This document shows positions 36,560 to 49,121 of a stretch of DNA of 64,000 nt, piece after piece; within the stretch, counting starts at the first letter, position 1, and each line of letters opens with the position of its first letter. Both the position numbers and the translations under genes were made by a program. Location of the stretch: assembly GCF_036321535.1 (NCBI RefSeq), contig NC_087436.1, forward strand, positions 114,206,001-114,270,000, given 5' to 3'. Under the pieces are notes generated by a model. That model saw only the letters and a program-made list of their open reading frames with translations, did no database searches and had not been told where the DNA came from. Source of the DNA: Camelus dromedarius (lineage: Eukaryota).

Positions 36560-36825
36560 TTCAGCCTCACCCAGCTGCTGATCCACGTGGACCAGTGAGG
36601 TAAGATTGTTCAAATTTTCAAAAGAAACTGGAAATGTAGACATTTTTTTTTTGTATTATTGAAGTACAGTCAGTTACAATGTGTCAAGTTCTGGTGTGGA
36701 TTTTTATGTAAAATCATCTGATTTTTCAATTTTGATATCTTCCGTAAAGCATCTTAGACAAAAGAGAACAGTGAAATGCACTGGGGGGCTGCTTTTGCCC
36801 AGCAAGCCATCATTTTGTCACTTGA
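36560..36825 (+). mobile_element. MER102-type hAT element carrying a nested micro-L1
   Basis: TTTTCAAAAGAAACTGGAAAT[insert]GGATTTTTATGTAAAATC..ATTTTT. Confidence 0.65.
36643..36697 (-). mobile_element. About 55-bp extreme 3' end of a lineage-specific L1
   Basis: Poly-T plus TTGAAGTACAGTCAGTTACAATGTGTCAAGTTCTGGTGT, near-identical to 5649-5687. Confidence 0.85.
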
Positions 36826-37045
36826 TCTGTGTACAGTTTGGGAGAATGGTTTAGAATCCATTTCGAAAGTATAAACCTAAGGCAGGGCCAGTGAGGAATG
36901 AAAAGAAGAGGAATGGCTAACCATCAAAATACAGAACCTGGAAGAAAGCCACCAGGGGGCAGATGAAGCAATGTGACCAGGTATTGTGGAGTCTGGTCTG
37001 TGATTTTAGTCCTTGGTGGCATTGCTGTGATTGCAGACAGAGGTT

Positions 37046-37076
37046 TTTGTTGTTGTTGTTGTCATTGTTGTTGTTA
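37046..37076. repeat. (TTG)n microsatellite
   Basis: Seen directly. Confidence 0.85.
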
Positions 37077-37639
37077 ACATAGAAAGGAGTAGCAAAGAAT
37101 GGTTCTGAAAAACAAGCCTCCAGTACCATCCAAAATTGACTTCCCCCGAGCCATCCAAGTTCAAAATGGCGCAAGGCGGCTCCAGTTTGGATTCAGAGCC
37201 AAGCTGATAAGGAAGACAAGTGTTCTCTCTGTTTCTTTGCTTCAGCCTCTGAGGTATTCAGTTAATGTTCTCTGCCATAAAAAAAGAAATGGTTGGTCTC
37301 CTTTCCCTAACTACTCTGTCTCTCTGATTTAAGTACTTTTCACCTGTGAACGTCCTTGGTTACTTCTGAACTATATTCTGTCCTATAAAAGGCACTAAAT
37401 TAAAGACTGCTTTGGCTCTATGTTTTAGCGAAGTGATTTTTGAAAAGTGCTGTAAGATCACTCCTCCCTTCAGAAAGCCAGTGAAGTTCACCTTAAATGT
37501 CACCTTCTTTCTTGCCCTAAAAACCCACCCCTTTAAGCTCAGCTCAGGTGACTTCTCCCCCACAAAAACTTTTCTCATCACACCAGCACCACCTTGCAAT
37601 CCCAGATTGAGTCAGTGCACCTAGACTGTGTAAATCATT

Positions 37640-38530
37640 ATCATCTGCCACCGTCTAATTCATTTCCACTCTTGAAAAACCGTATACCATTTTCCATGCA
37701 GCAGCCAGAGCAGTCTTCTTAAAATATAAGTCAGATAATATCACTACCCAACTTAATTCCCTACTGGCTCTCCTTTGCAGTTAGAATAAAATGTAAACTC
37801 ATTAAAATTATTTGCAAAACCCTGGATTATCATCCTATCTACAGCTTCTGCCACTTTTCTCTTTTTCTGATTACATTCCAATCACATTGGCCTTCAAGGG
37901 ACTCTTGGATATCACCACAGGGCCTTTGCACTGCTGTTTCTCTACTTAAATGCTTTCCCCAGGCTTTCTGCATGGCTGCATCTTTTTCATTCTTCTGTAG
38001 GTTAAATGTCATCTCCCCAGAGACATCCATCCCTGATCATCTAAGTATTCACTTTCCCAAGTTATTCTCTCTCAGCATCTGGATTACCAGCTTCATAGTT
38101 GGGGCAGCAAATGCTGGAGTGCAGTTGTCTAAGGACCTCAGTGGTTGCTTTCTGAAATCTACTCACACACATGCTCTAGGCTGCACTTCCCATAGGCTGC
38201 TCCTGGCCAGTGGCTGAGCAGGGCAGGCAGGGACACTAAGGCAGTCTTTTCCTGCGAGAAATAGGACTCCTCTGACTAGTGACTGTGGCTGAAACTCCCA
38301 TCAGTTTGCTGAAACCTTCTTAGACTCCATGGCAGTCTGAGACTTTTCCTAACTAACCTTTTTCCCTCCCTCTGTCCCTCCCTCCCTCCCTTCCTTCCTT
38401 CCTTCCTTATTGACTTTCTCCAATAAAATGCTATCTCCTTGAAGGAAAGGCTCTTGTTGGGCTCTCTTACTACCATGTCTGCAGCACTAGTGCCATCCTG
38501 GCATAGAATAGGTGCTGTTCAAAATTTGTC
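37640..38530 (+). mobile_element. L2a split by an LTR16 insertion
   Basis: GCAGCCAGAG..TAAGTCAGAT..TTAGAATAAAAT..CAGGGCCTTTGCACTGCTG; 3' end resumes at about 38415 (CCTGGCATAGAATAGGTGC). Confidence 0.8.
38095..38410 (+). mobile_element. LTR16A/B-type ERVL LTR
   Basis: AGGCTGCACTTCCCATAGGCTGCTCC..GACACTAAGGCAG..GGACTCCTCTGAC. Confidence 0.75.
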
Positions 38531-39195
38531 CCATTTTGTACATGTCTATCAACACATGAATGCATCGTGTTGAAATGTGCCCACCTCATCTCTTACTAGA
38601 TGTAGAATTTCTTGAGACTATTCTGTTGACTGGGGTTTGTTCTCAGCAAATATCCCAGAACCTGAGGCACAGGGGCAGCTCAATCAATGTTTGTTAAATT
38701 GATTTACTGTTTTCTCCTTTCTCCCTCACTCTTTCCTACCCAGTGCTCCCCATACACTGCAGGCAACACACGGTGAATCTCTGTCTCCCACAATGCAGTC
38801 TCCTTTACCGCAAGCAGCTCCTCCTGCTGTGACCTGCATCTCTGTGAACGTCCTCACCATTCCCCCAGGTCTCCCTGATTCCTCCTTCTTCATTGCTGCC
38901 CTTCCATCTCCCCTCAGCATCTCAGGCTATCCAAACATTCACTAGGTCCCACTCTTTCACCCCCTAAGTAATTTCTCATTTAATGAACTTTTCTCCATCT
39001 CTCCCACCACTATCTGGGTCTAGGTGGCCATCATCTCTTCCCTTGACTAAAGCGTCAGGGAACTGTCTCCTTCTAATGCACTCTCACCTTCGTTATGCTA
39101 ATTTTGCTGATGTCACTTCTTCCAAGAAGTCTTCAGTAGACAGGTTCAGTCTAGAAAAGATTCCTATAGGAGCCCCACTACTCCATCGCAGTACT

Positions 39196-40110
39196 TGTCC
39201 TAGTCAAATTGGTCTGCTATAACAAAGAAAATCATAAAGTGGGTTGCTTAAGCAACGAATATTTATTTCTCACAGATTTGGAGACTGGAAAGTCTAAGAT
39301 CAAGGTACAGGCAGATTCGGTGTCTGGTGAGGGTCCTTTTCCTGGTTCATGAATGAAAAATATTGCTAGCCATATCAGTAAGCAAAGAAAGCTGTGGACA
39401 TCAAGTCATCAGCTGCTACCTCCACCCACCCTCACCCCACCGACATTGAGCAGAGGGAACTCAGGATGCAGTCAAGCAAGCGGTCCAGCCTCTGCAGCCA
39501 TCCCCAACCATGCACCCTGAGGGAACCCTGGATGTGGAAGAAAAGGATACTGACCCTGGACAGCTAGGTGCACATCAAAGAAAGGATTTCAGTGAGCCCA
39601 GTCCTTTGCATCTTCCCACACAAAGAAAAGCACTAAATTCTTTGACTTCAGATATCTGGTTTTATTTAATTAACAGTAATCTTTTGATGTTCTGGCTACC
39701 TAATCTTTGTTACAAAAATCCCTCTATGTCCTGGCTTCTACCTTGCCACTTTGGAACAGTCAGTTAGAGCAATCTGGGAGGCTGTGTCCCGGGCTTGAGT
39801 CCTCAGGAAGTCCACCAAATAAAACATAACTCTCAGCCTCTTGGTTGTGCATTTTATTTCACCCCACAGATTCATAAACAGTGTTTTGACAGGTTCATTA
39901 ATGGTGTTTTCTCACTGTGTCCCCATTTGGTAGAGAGAGAGGAAGAGAGCTCTCTGGGGTCTCTTTATAAGGACATTAATTCCATTCATGAGCACTCCAC
40001 CCTCATGACCTAATTACCTCCTAAAGACCCCACTTACTAATACCATCACATGGGGGTTAGGATCTCAACATATTAATTTGGGAGAGGACACAAAGATTCG
40101 GCCCATAAGA
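39196..40110 (-). mobile_element. MLT1A-type MaLR LTR split by a younger LTR
   Basis: GCTATAACAAA..AGTCTAAGATCAAGGT..GTGTCTGGTGAGGG and CCCTCATGACCTAATTACCTCC..AATACCATCACA. Confidence 0.9.
39350..39868 (+). mobile_element. ERV1-class solo LTR nested in MLT1A
   Basis: TG..CA ends; AATAAA at 39818-39823 followed by a short U5 (CATAACTCTCA..GGTTGTGCATTTT); interrupts MLT1A. Confidence 0.7.
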
Positions 40111-40159
40111 GCGCTTATTACGTGGGCTTGTTTAATTATCTGTGCCCTAACTAAACTAT

Positions 40160-40700
40160 GTGATCCTTGTTTCTAAAACAAATATATGACCAGGTCATCC
40201 CCCTTCTTCAAGTCCTTGAATGAGTCCCTCATTGCCTCCAGATGTGGGTATGCCCCACTACCTCTCTAGCCTCATCTCGTCATGCTCCCCCAAAGCCCTC
40301 ATCATTCCCAGTTATAAGCAGAGCCTCAGCCACGTGGAACTGGCCCACAAATCTTTGTGTGTGTTGCTTTTTTGCCTGGACTACCTTTCCTCGTCTTCCT
40401 TCTGGTCTGTTGGTCTCCATCCTCCAATACCCATCTTGAGTATTCGCTTTTCTGTGAAGTCTTTGGGATCTCTCTCTCTCCCCTAGGTGGGTTTGACCAT
40501 GTCTTCGACCATGACATCATTTATTTGTACATATTTCTATGACTTATTTCACAGCATCTCTTGTGTTATAATTCTAATTTTGTGTCTGTTCTGGACTACA
40601 AGCTTTTCAAGGGTAGTGACAAGGTCTTATTCAGCTTTCTTTTCCCAGTGCCTGCTACATATACAGAAGGTGTTTAATACACATTTGTTGAATGAACAAT
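40160..40700 (+). mobile_element. L2 3' region
   Basis: CTAAAACAAATATATGACCAGGTC..TGGACTACAAGCTT..TTTAATACACATTTGTTGAATGAA. Confidence 0.75.
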
Positions 40701-41449
40701 GAAAGACCACACATTCTTCAGGGTTCTACAATAGTTACCTCTCCTGCGAACTACAGTAGATTAGATTGCCATATTTTCTGAGCTTTGCACATGCAGAGCC
40801 ATATGAACTTTCTTAGTAGGTTCTAAGAATCTACAGAGCAGGGACAAAGCCTTGCAGTCTCTTTGTCTCTACCTCCACACTTTGCACATAGAACTCAATA
40901 CACTTTTGCTGATTGATTGTTATTGCTCAATCTACTATTCCTTTTGATTCAGCAACTTATTGAAAAAATTTTAAAAGAAAGCCTTCTCAGAAATCAAACA
41001 ACAAAAATCACAAAATGTTCTTCTCCAAAAATAACATGCCTCCAAAACACTCAGGGCAGAAGCTGTGTGTTTTCTCCCCTCCCATTAATGAGAGAAAGAT
41101 GCGACTTCCTCCTTTTTCATTTTGTCTGCGTCATGTCTGTGCTGCCTGGAGATTTGTGGCTGTTGTTTCAAGAAAGATCAAATGACAACGGGAGATGGAT
41201 AGTCTCCTTGATTAAGAAGTGGCATCGGATACATCGGCTTCCTCAGCTTCAAGGAGGAGAGGGTTATTTCACAGCTAATGCCTCCTTCAAAGGCATGAAT
41301 CCCTGGGAGCAGCTGAGGCTGGCCATCCCCCATCCAGATGTGCTCATACAGGACCTCTGATGCACTGACACATACAGCAGAATCACAAGGGCTTAGAATG
41401 TACCATTGGTTGACTCAAGATCACCCTTTGAGAGACCATTAAAGAATTC

Positions 41450-41670
41450 ATATGACTCAGACCAACCTGTATTCAAATCTAGCTCTGACAGTTACTAGGT
41501 CTGTGACCCTGGGCAAGTTATTTAGCCTTGCTAAGCTTCGGTTTTATCACGTGGAGAATGGAGGTGATAATAACCTATGAGGGGGGGATTGCGGGTGTGT
41601 TTGAATGAGATAACACAAGGTATTTAGCATTGCCTGTTCCTAAGTGCTCATTATGGCATCCATTATCATT
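41450..41670 (+). mobile_element. MIR SINE
   Basis: TTCAAATCTAGCTCTG..CTGTGACCCTGGGCAAGTTATTTAGCC. Confidence 0.85.
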
Positions 41671-41689
41671 AAGTACAGAAGTGCGTCTA

Positions 41690-41910
41690 TCATAATAGTT
41701 ACCAGTTGTTGAACACTTACTATGTGCTATATATTATACTAGCCTGTTTTTATTTTTTTAACTTATAAATCTCATGAGCTTTTTAAGCCAGTATTATCCT
41801 CATTTTATAGTTAGAGAAACTAAGTTTCCAGGAGGTGAAGTAACTTATTCAATATCATCCAACTGTTAAGGTGGCTTTTTTAGCAAAATGGGTTGCCCTC
41901 TTTTCTATTG
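41690..41910 (-). mobile_element. MIR SINE, tail-to-tail with the previous one
   Basis: TTGAACACTTACTATGTGC..TATTATCCTCATTTTATAG..GAAACTAAG..GGTGAAGTAACTT. Confidence 0.85.
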
Positions 41911-42960
41911 TCCCATGCCTCTCTTTTCTACCCTAAAAGGTGGGAGGTCTGCTCAGGACCTTGAATCCCATCCAGAGGATTTGTGACACAGGGGCAGGGT
42001 GGCCCAATGAATTCCCATTAATACTACTAATTTAGGTTTAACCCCACATTTCTCCTACACTGGACCCACCTTTGAGTTTCAATGGCCCCTTTAATCACTT
42101 TAGTTCAAGAACATGGTCCTCAGCTCTTCCTACTCCAATGGAGGAAGAAGAACAGAGCAGAAAATCCCCGCAAACCATCACCACCCACCTAGAGGAGAAC
42201 TGGCCTCAGCTGTCCTCCCCACACTCCTTTTCCCACGGACAGCATCCTGCTCACAGCCTTCCAGGGGTAAAAAGCTGCCTGCCAGCCAGGAAAGGCCGTA
42301 GGACATGTCTTGTCCTCACTGGACTCACAAATAAAGAGTGAACTGCTAGCCCCTGCTTGCCTCAACAAAACCTAAGCCTTCCTTCTTTCTTCCTACTAAA
42401 TATTCCCATCCACCTAGCCTTGCGGCTTTGTGTGTTTGTCTTTCAATCCTTAATCCATCAGAGCATCTTCTTCATTGGGCAGTAAATGTAGGAGAAGGAA
42501 GCAGACCTTGAGCTCCCTCTAGAGGTTTTGATGTGACCAACACACAGGCCCCTGCAAGAGGCCAGGAGCAATGTCTCATTCCTCCCCATATGCAAAGAGC
42601 CCTGAAGAAATGGATTCAAACCAGGATACTCTCCCCTGGAAAAGCGAACAGGGCCAAACTGACAACCCCAGCAACCTCTTCCCAGTGAGCAGATGTGGAG
42701 ACAACTGCCCCCTCCGATGAGAAGTCGGGTGACTTCAGCCCCTGGAGCCTCCTGCACCCCAGCAGAGAAAGAGGGGAAGCAACAGATGGACCAGCTAGCC
42801 CCCAGGTCTAAGCTCTGAACCCCTACCAGCCTCCAGGGACAGGAAAGGGGAGAGAGAGGTGCCTTCTCCTGGCATGAAACACTGACCAGTGAGAGGCACC
42901 CAAGGTAACAGCTGGCCCAGGGCCAACCCCTGGACGTGGACAGAAGCTGCTTGACTCAGA

Positions 42961-42999
42961 TAAACAAAAAGCAAACAAACAAACAAACAAACAAACAAA
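42961..42999. repeat. (AAAC)n microsatellite
   Basis: Seen directly. Confidence 0.9.
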
Positions 43000-43174
43000 G
43001 AGCCAGACACAGAATAAAGCAAGCTGGTGTCTGGAGAATCACTGGCAGCATTTCCTGCCCCTGTACCCAGACCATGCATGGGAAACATTCGGTGCTTGGT
43101 ACATTCATTTTGGAATAAAGCTGAATGAGTACACACCTAACGGCTGCCTAGGGTCTGCCAAACTAGGGGCTACT

Positions 43175-43636
43175 TGTTGTGGTAGAATCGTACCCCCCGA
43201 GAGAGGTATATTCCATCCTTGACCCCTAGTACCTGTGAATGTGACCTCATGTGGAAGTAGGGTCTTCGCAGATGTGATCAAGTTAACAGGAGGTCCTCCT
43301 GCATTAAGGCGGGGCTTAGCTCAATGACAGGTGTCCTTACCAGAAGAAGAAAATTGAGACACAAATACACAGACTCACATGGGAGAACACGAGGTGACTA
43401 CAGAGGCAAAGACTGGAGTGATGTCTAAAAGCCAAGCTATGCCAAGAATTTCTGGCTGCCACCAGAAGGTGGGAGAATGGCAAAGGAGGAACCTTCCCTA
43501 GAGTCTTAGGAGGGAGCCTAGCCCTGCAGGCACCTTGATGGCAGACTTCTAGCTTCCGCTACCATGATAAAATAAATTTCTTTTAAGTTATTCAGTTTAC
43601 GGTAATTGGACACGGCAGCCCTGGCAAATTAATACA
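43175..43636 (+). mobile_element. MLT1C-type MaLR solo LTR, full length
   Basis: TGTTGTGG..ACCTGTGAATGTGACC..AGGGTCTTCGCAGATGTGAT..AATAAATTTC..GCAGCCCTGGCAAATTAATACA; degenerate 5-bp TSD CTACT/GCACT. Confidence 0.92.
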
Positions 43637-46384
43637 GCACTTCACTCTTTTTCCAGGACAGTGAAATAAAGCTTCCAGGGCACCCACAGAGAAGACTTCA
43701 TACCCCTTTTTTTTCCCTAAAGAGCCAGACAACACCCAGTTATCATTTGCCCTGCTCCCAGATCTCTGCCTGAAGATAAGACTTTTCAATCGGGCAATGG
43801 TTCTGGCCTCAGAATTCAAGGGCACACCATGCAGGGGTTGCTGGTGACATCAGCTATGCTCTGCAGGCTCCACGGGGCTTCTGCTCCAAAAAGCAGGTGA
43901 GAGGGGAGAAAGCGGAAGGTACAGACACACTTCAGTTCCCTTGTGGGGACACTGAGCAGCAGTTTTTTCCCTACCATTTTTGTAAAAGTATATTTAGAAA
44001 AAGCAGGCATATTTCCCAACAATACAGGTCACTTCAGACGTTGCGCAGCCTCCTGCCTAGTTGCAGAAATGGCTCATCCTGTGCTTGAGGACCATAAACA
44101 ATCATCATGGTCTGTTAATCTCATCTGTTTCCCAGGAGAAGGGAAAATCATCACAAGGCAGTGACAACACGCCCCCAAAAGGATTATCCTCAGAGCCCTC
44201 CCTACAAAGGACCCTAAAGCTTCAAGAGAGAGGAACAGCCTCTCTGTGTCTTTAAATCCATGCTGTCCAGCACCAGGCCAGGCATCTTGCAGGTTCTCTG
44301 AGGAAGTCTGGGGACGGGAAGGATGGAGATGGAAAGGGTCCTCCCAATTCGCAGGATCTGAAACCTCAAAAGTCTCCTGTTTCATGTTCTTCCTACCAAA
44401 GTCTGTTAATGCCTGAGAACCTTTTATCCGAATTTTCTTTATCAGTTAACACTAATTCAGGATAAAATCTTCTATTCATTCAATGATGTGGCTTCCATCA
44501 AGTCAGCTGTGTGGCCCAAGACCACATATCTGAAAAATTCTTCCCGTTTAAGGGGACAAAGTAAGATGAACACAGAGCATTGTTCAAACCCACTTGCCTT
44601 CGGGAAAGCTGCTGCTAATCAGCCTGACTCCTTGCAGCCTCCTCTGTCAGCATTGACCTTGGGTCTCTGGATTTGCTGACTCTCTAGACTGCCCGATGTG
44701 TTTTCTTCCAACAGGGCTCCAATGGAGGACGCGCTCATTTAGCCCAAGTGCCCAAACTCCCTCTGATCAGCTCTCTCAGCCCTCAACCTGCTGAGCAGGA
44801 GATCTGCTGCATGGGAGGGCCGCCCCGCCCCCCATCCTGAGGCTCGAAATTGAAACCTTCGCTTTGACTTAAGAGGGAAGGAGGCCCAAGGGCAGCTCTC
44901 CCTAACCTATGGGTTCTCCAAAGGTCCTCCTTGGATGGAGTCTGACTAGCCATGCAAGCAGTGAAGCTCAGGGAACTGTTCAAAAACTGTCTCTTTTCAT
45001 GCATCATTTAGATTTTCAAGGGAATATGAGCCTTGAGGAGACCAGACTGGGCCAGGCTCAAGAGAAATGTTTTATATTATCTTGGCTAAATTTGGCGATG
45101 GTTAGAAGAAGATAATCAGAGTAAAAAAAAGAAAAAAGAGGAAAAATTGGGTGGGCATGTAGGAATAGCTGTTTTTGCAAATCAGCCTGGGAAAAGAGCT
45201 AAGAACTGCATTTTTAGCTACCGGGGAAAGGGAAGTTTAAATACAAGTAGGGAGAGGGGTAAGCGGTAGCAGGTCCAAATATCCTGAATTGCTCTTATGG
45301 AAAGTTAATAAAGATCTACACACACACACGCACACAAACACATTTCCTAGCTTAAGCATCCAGGCTATTCAGATCTCTGGGTTCCAGAAGATGGGAGTCA
45401 GTCTAATAACATGGGAAGAAGGCAGCCCTGAAGGAGGAACACAGCTGGAGCACATGCAGGTGGAACTGGTGGAGGCAGTTTGTGAGGGCAAGTGAGAGGG
45501 TCACCAGAATTCGGCAGCAGTGTCCATCATCCTGTTCCCACGATGATCACATCACAGTCCCAGGAGGATCCTGGAGGAGGCCGTACCTGAACCTAATGCA
45601 ATTCACCTGCAAAATGAGTTGATAATGACAGTTTTCCTGTCTACCAAGAGGCACTTGGCTGGATTACATAAGACAGTGGTTGTTAAGGAGCTTTGAAAAC
45701 ACCAATTCCTAACAGGTAAAAAGGTTATAAAATTCTTATGACAAATTCCCCCTCGCCTACTGATGGCAAAAAGCTTGCTTATGGGAGGAAATGGGACATT
45801 ACAAATCTGAGGTGTGGGCTGGGAGGACCAAGGTTCTTGCAGAGCGAACCACCTCACAGTCAGGTGACCTTGTTATACAATTTCAAACTGGACTTGGTGA
45901 CATTGGTGGAATCTCCCTCAAGCCTTGGGGGTGTGAACAGGAAGACTGCCCCTGCACGGTGAAAGCTCAGTCACAGCGGGGTCAGGTGACAAGCCATCGA
46001 TGGGGAACCAGGAGAAGCAGACTGTGGTACCAGGCACGGCAAAGCATGGGCCTGTGGCGACTGTCACTGTGCCTGTTTGCTCCCTTGTGAGGTAAAAGTG
46101 TCATCTCTGAGTTGCTTCCATTTGTCGCACTCTGTGTGTGCCTGCAGATGGGCACGTGTTGTGATGCTATCAGAAAAGCAGGGCCTAACTGGCATTAGAC
46201 CCTGGATTTTGCTTTCTTCTTTCCCAGCAGCAACACATTTTCATGAAATTCTTAGTGTGTTGTCTTCTGTTTTTGAGTTTACAAGAGCAGGCTCGAGCCA
46301 GATGGAGAGCAAGTCTGCAAGCATGCCTTCACCCAAGTGCCCATGCATGCACTGAACACACATTAACTGATTATCCCTCTGACC

Positions 46385-46600
46385 ATCAGTGTGGGCTGTG
46401 CAACCTTGGCTAAGTCACTTACCCTCTCTGGGCCTCAGTTTCTTTATTTGTAAAACAAAGTTGGTGACTGCACCTACCTACATGATGGGACAAGAATTCA
46501 ATAAGATATTCCATGTAAATCACTTAGTAAATTGTCTGAATTTTTTAAAGGATTATCTTGGAAAGAAATAGTATCACAATTATTATCACTGCTATTAAAA
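46385..46600 (+). mobile_element. MIR SINE
   Basis: ACCTTGGCTAAGTCACTTACCCTCTCTGGGCCTCAGTTTCTTTATTTGTAAAA. Confidence 0.9.
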
Positions 46601-46815
46601 CTCTTACAGTGTTTTACTCTTCCCCCATCAATACATATCCCACCAAACTAATTTCTTGGGTATTTATTTGTCAGAATCCCCCACTAAATGGAGAGCTGCA
46701 TGAAGGCAAAGGCTGAGCCTGTCTCATTCATCACTCCACTCCCAGTTCTTTGCTGAGTGCCTGACTTACAGCTGGTGCTTGGTACCCGTCCTGGTGTGTC
46801 AAAGAAGGGTTTGAA

Positions 46816-46981
46816 GCAGTGGCTCGCAACCCTGACTGCCCATCAGAGTCACCTAGATAGCTTTAAAAATCTTGACCCATCTCCAGAAATTCTGATTTAA
46901 CTGATCAAGATTGGAAGTCCTGCATGAATAGCTTTTAAAAGCTCCCAGGGACCCTCTTAGGCAGCTTGAGTTGAGATCACT
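46816..46981. mobile_element. MER5A hAT MITE
   Basis: CAGTGGCTCGCAACC..ATCAGAGTCACCT..ATTCTGATTTAA..AAAAGCTCCCAGG..GTTGAGATCAC. Confidence 0.85.
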
Positions 46982-47299
46982 TCAGAGTCTCAAAGATCAG
47001 CCAGATTAATGATTTCCAAACTTTTTATTTAATTTTACAGTAAATTTTTTTCCCCCACAACAAAATCTTAGGTTGAAAACTACTGCATAGAAGAGAATGC
47101 AGCCGTGTCCCTGGTGGAGTTGGGGAAGGCGGGTCCTGAGGCTCACCCTCCAGTCACGTGGCTCCAAGGTGGTTCACAAAGCCAGCAAGCCCCTAGGGAC
47201 ACAGCTTGCTGAGATTAGAAGCGTCCTGCCCTGAATGCTAAGCAATGCCTTCCACCACCCAGCTCTGTCCTGCCCGCTGGGCTGCTGTGCGTGGAACAT

Positions 47300-47700
47300 A
47301 ATGCAATCGTCACCCTGAAACTTGGCCCAAGACAAACCGCAATTGTTTTCCTCTTGTAGCCAAATTCAGGCACTCTCAGCCCTCCGTGAAATCACTTGCA
47401 GGCCTTGCAGCACAGGAGACAGAAAATAACATGCCGCCTGAAATATATAAATAATTCAAGGCTGAGTTTATTCATGATGCTGTGCTTTCTCCAGGCAGTG
47501 GTTTGTATAATCTCTCTTACACTGCCAGTCGGGCCGCCTCCGCAGCATTTATTACTGCAGACAGCCCGCTAGGAGCTGTTTTGATTTATGCATCTACATT
47601 CTATTATGGAGGTAAGTTTATAGCACACTGCGGTTCCTGCGGCTGTCATCGCAGGAAGAGGAGGGGATAAAAGACAGCGGAGGAAAGACTTGGGAACAGT
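47300..47700. promoter_or_regulatory. Candidate conserved non-coding element (Pbx-Hox/Meis motifs), possibly also an exon
   Basis: Non-repeat; locally high CpG retention; TGATTTATG at 47582-47590 and CTGTCA at 47643-47648. Confidence 0.4.
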
Positions 47701-48699
47701 CAGTCTGCCGGACTAAGGAGAGCAAGAAACATGGACCTCTGTACTTTCATGAAATATTCAATTCCTTCTCTGGTAAACATACAGACACATGCATACACAC
47801 ACTCACACTCACAGGCCTGCAAGAGACAATGTTTATCGAACATCCACTAAGTGCCGGTTTGCTCTTCCAAGTGATGGGGATGCAGAGGTGAATTAACTAA
47901 ACAGAACCCCTGCTGTCGTAGCACATATTCTTATTTCTGCCAGCGTGCTCCTGGTGAAGTGATTCTACCCTCCCACCAGTGTGATTCTCCCTGGCAGCAT
48001 TTAGCACGGGGTTGACACAAAGCAGATACTCCGTATCTGCTGAATGATGAGTGAATCCAAGGAGAGGAATAAAATGCATGTATCTTGCAAGGTCACTTCT
48101 CAGTTACCTCTCTTCATCCTCATGCTGCACAGGAAAAACTACACAAAACTTCATACAATCATAAGCATTTTTTGCTCATGTCTCCAGAATGTGGAGCTGG
48201 CTGGCACTCTCTGGAGTCATCATACCCCCACTCCTGGGCTCTGTGTGTGCCTGGAGCCACTGACACATTAACCCCCTCTTCCCACTGCAGGGCCCTCTGC
48301 ATACCTGCATTTCTGCAGGATGAAAAACATCTTCTCTTGATGTGTGTTTACCCTAACAAAACTCATCGCCCCAAGGGATAGCCCATCTCACAGTAACCTA
48401 GGGGGACGGACAGGTGTCACGTCCTGCCCTTATCAGAATTGTAAATCCTATAATTCAGAGCAGTCCCCGACAGATCTTACAGCCAATCAGGTGCATGTGC
48501 ACGAACTGATCCTGCAGCCCCATACTCCTTGTGTGCACAGCCCCCTCTGCCCAATAAAAGACGCTGCATGCCCATCCCCGGCGTTCACACAGGCACCTCT
48601 CACCTGTGTGGCTTGCTATTGTCTATAGCAGTGTCCCTATTAACTTTCCTAAACTCTTCTCCATCTCTGGTAATTGTTTACCAACCCTCATGTCACCAT

Positions 48700-49121
48700 C
48701 ACCCTGTGTGTGACCACAACATAGGATGTGAGGCTGGATGGCTCTGTTCATCTTTGCTTGGCTCATTCAAACAGTTTGGAGATGGCTGGCTGTCCTCTAA
48801 CCAGGTCAGCCTCTTCTAGGACAAAAGATGTGATTCGGCTCTGCTCTACGTGTATCTCTTTGTCCAGTAACCTACAGCATGTGCTCTGCCATGGCGGGAA
48901 GAACAGAGGGTAAACAGAAACTCACAGGCCTCTTGAGGTCTAAGCTTACAACTGGAGAACTATTACTTCCAACTTATTTCTGTTGGCAAAAACAAGTCAC
49001 AAGGCCAGCACAAATTCAAGGTGTAAAAGATTCCATCTTTAGTGAGAGGATCTGCAAAATCACATAGTAAAGGACAAAGCTAAAGGAGTGAAGAATTGAA
49101 GCTACCACTGCAATTTGCCAC
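48700..49121 (-). mobile_element. MLT1H-type MaLR LTR
   Basis: GGCCTCTTGAGGTCTAAGCT..TTCTGTTGGCAAAAACAAGTCACAAGGCCAGC..GCAAAATCACAT. Confidence 0.8.

Noticed and set aside
22566..42200. Identical 15-mer CACCTAGAGGAGAAC at 22566 and 42186
   Set aside because: No flanking homology; about one or two such matches are expected by chance in a window of this size.
44815..44835. GC box (CCGCCCCGCCCC) as a promoter; similar GC-rich patch at 49990-50110
   Set aside because: Isolated motifs with no CpG island or linked first exon.
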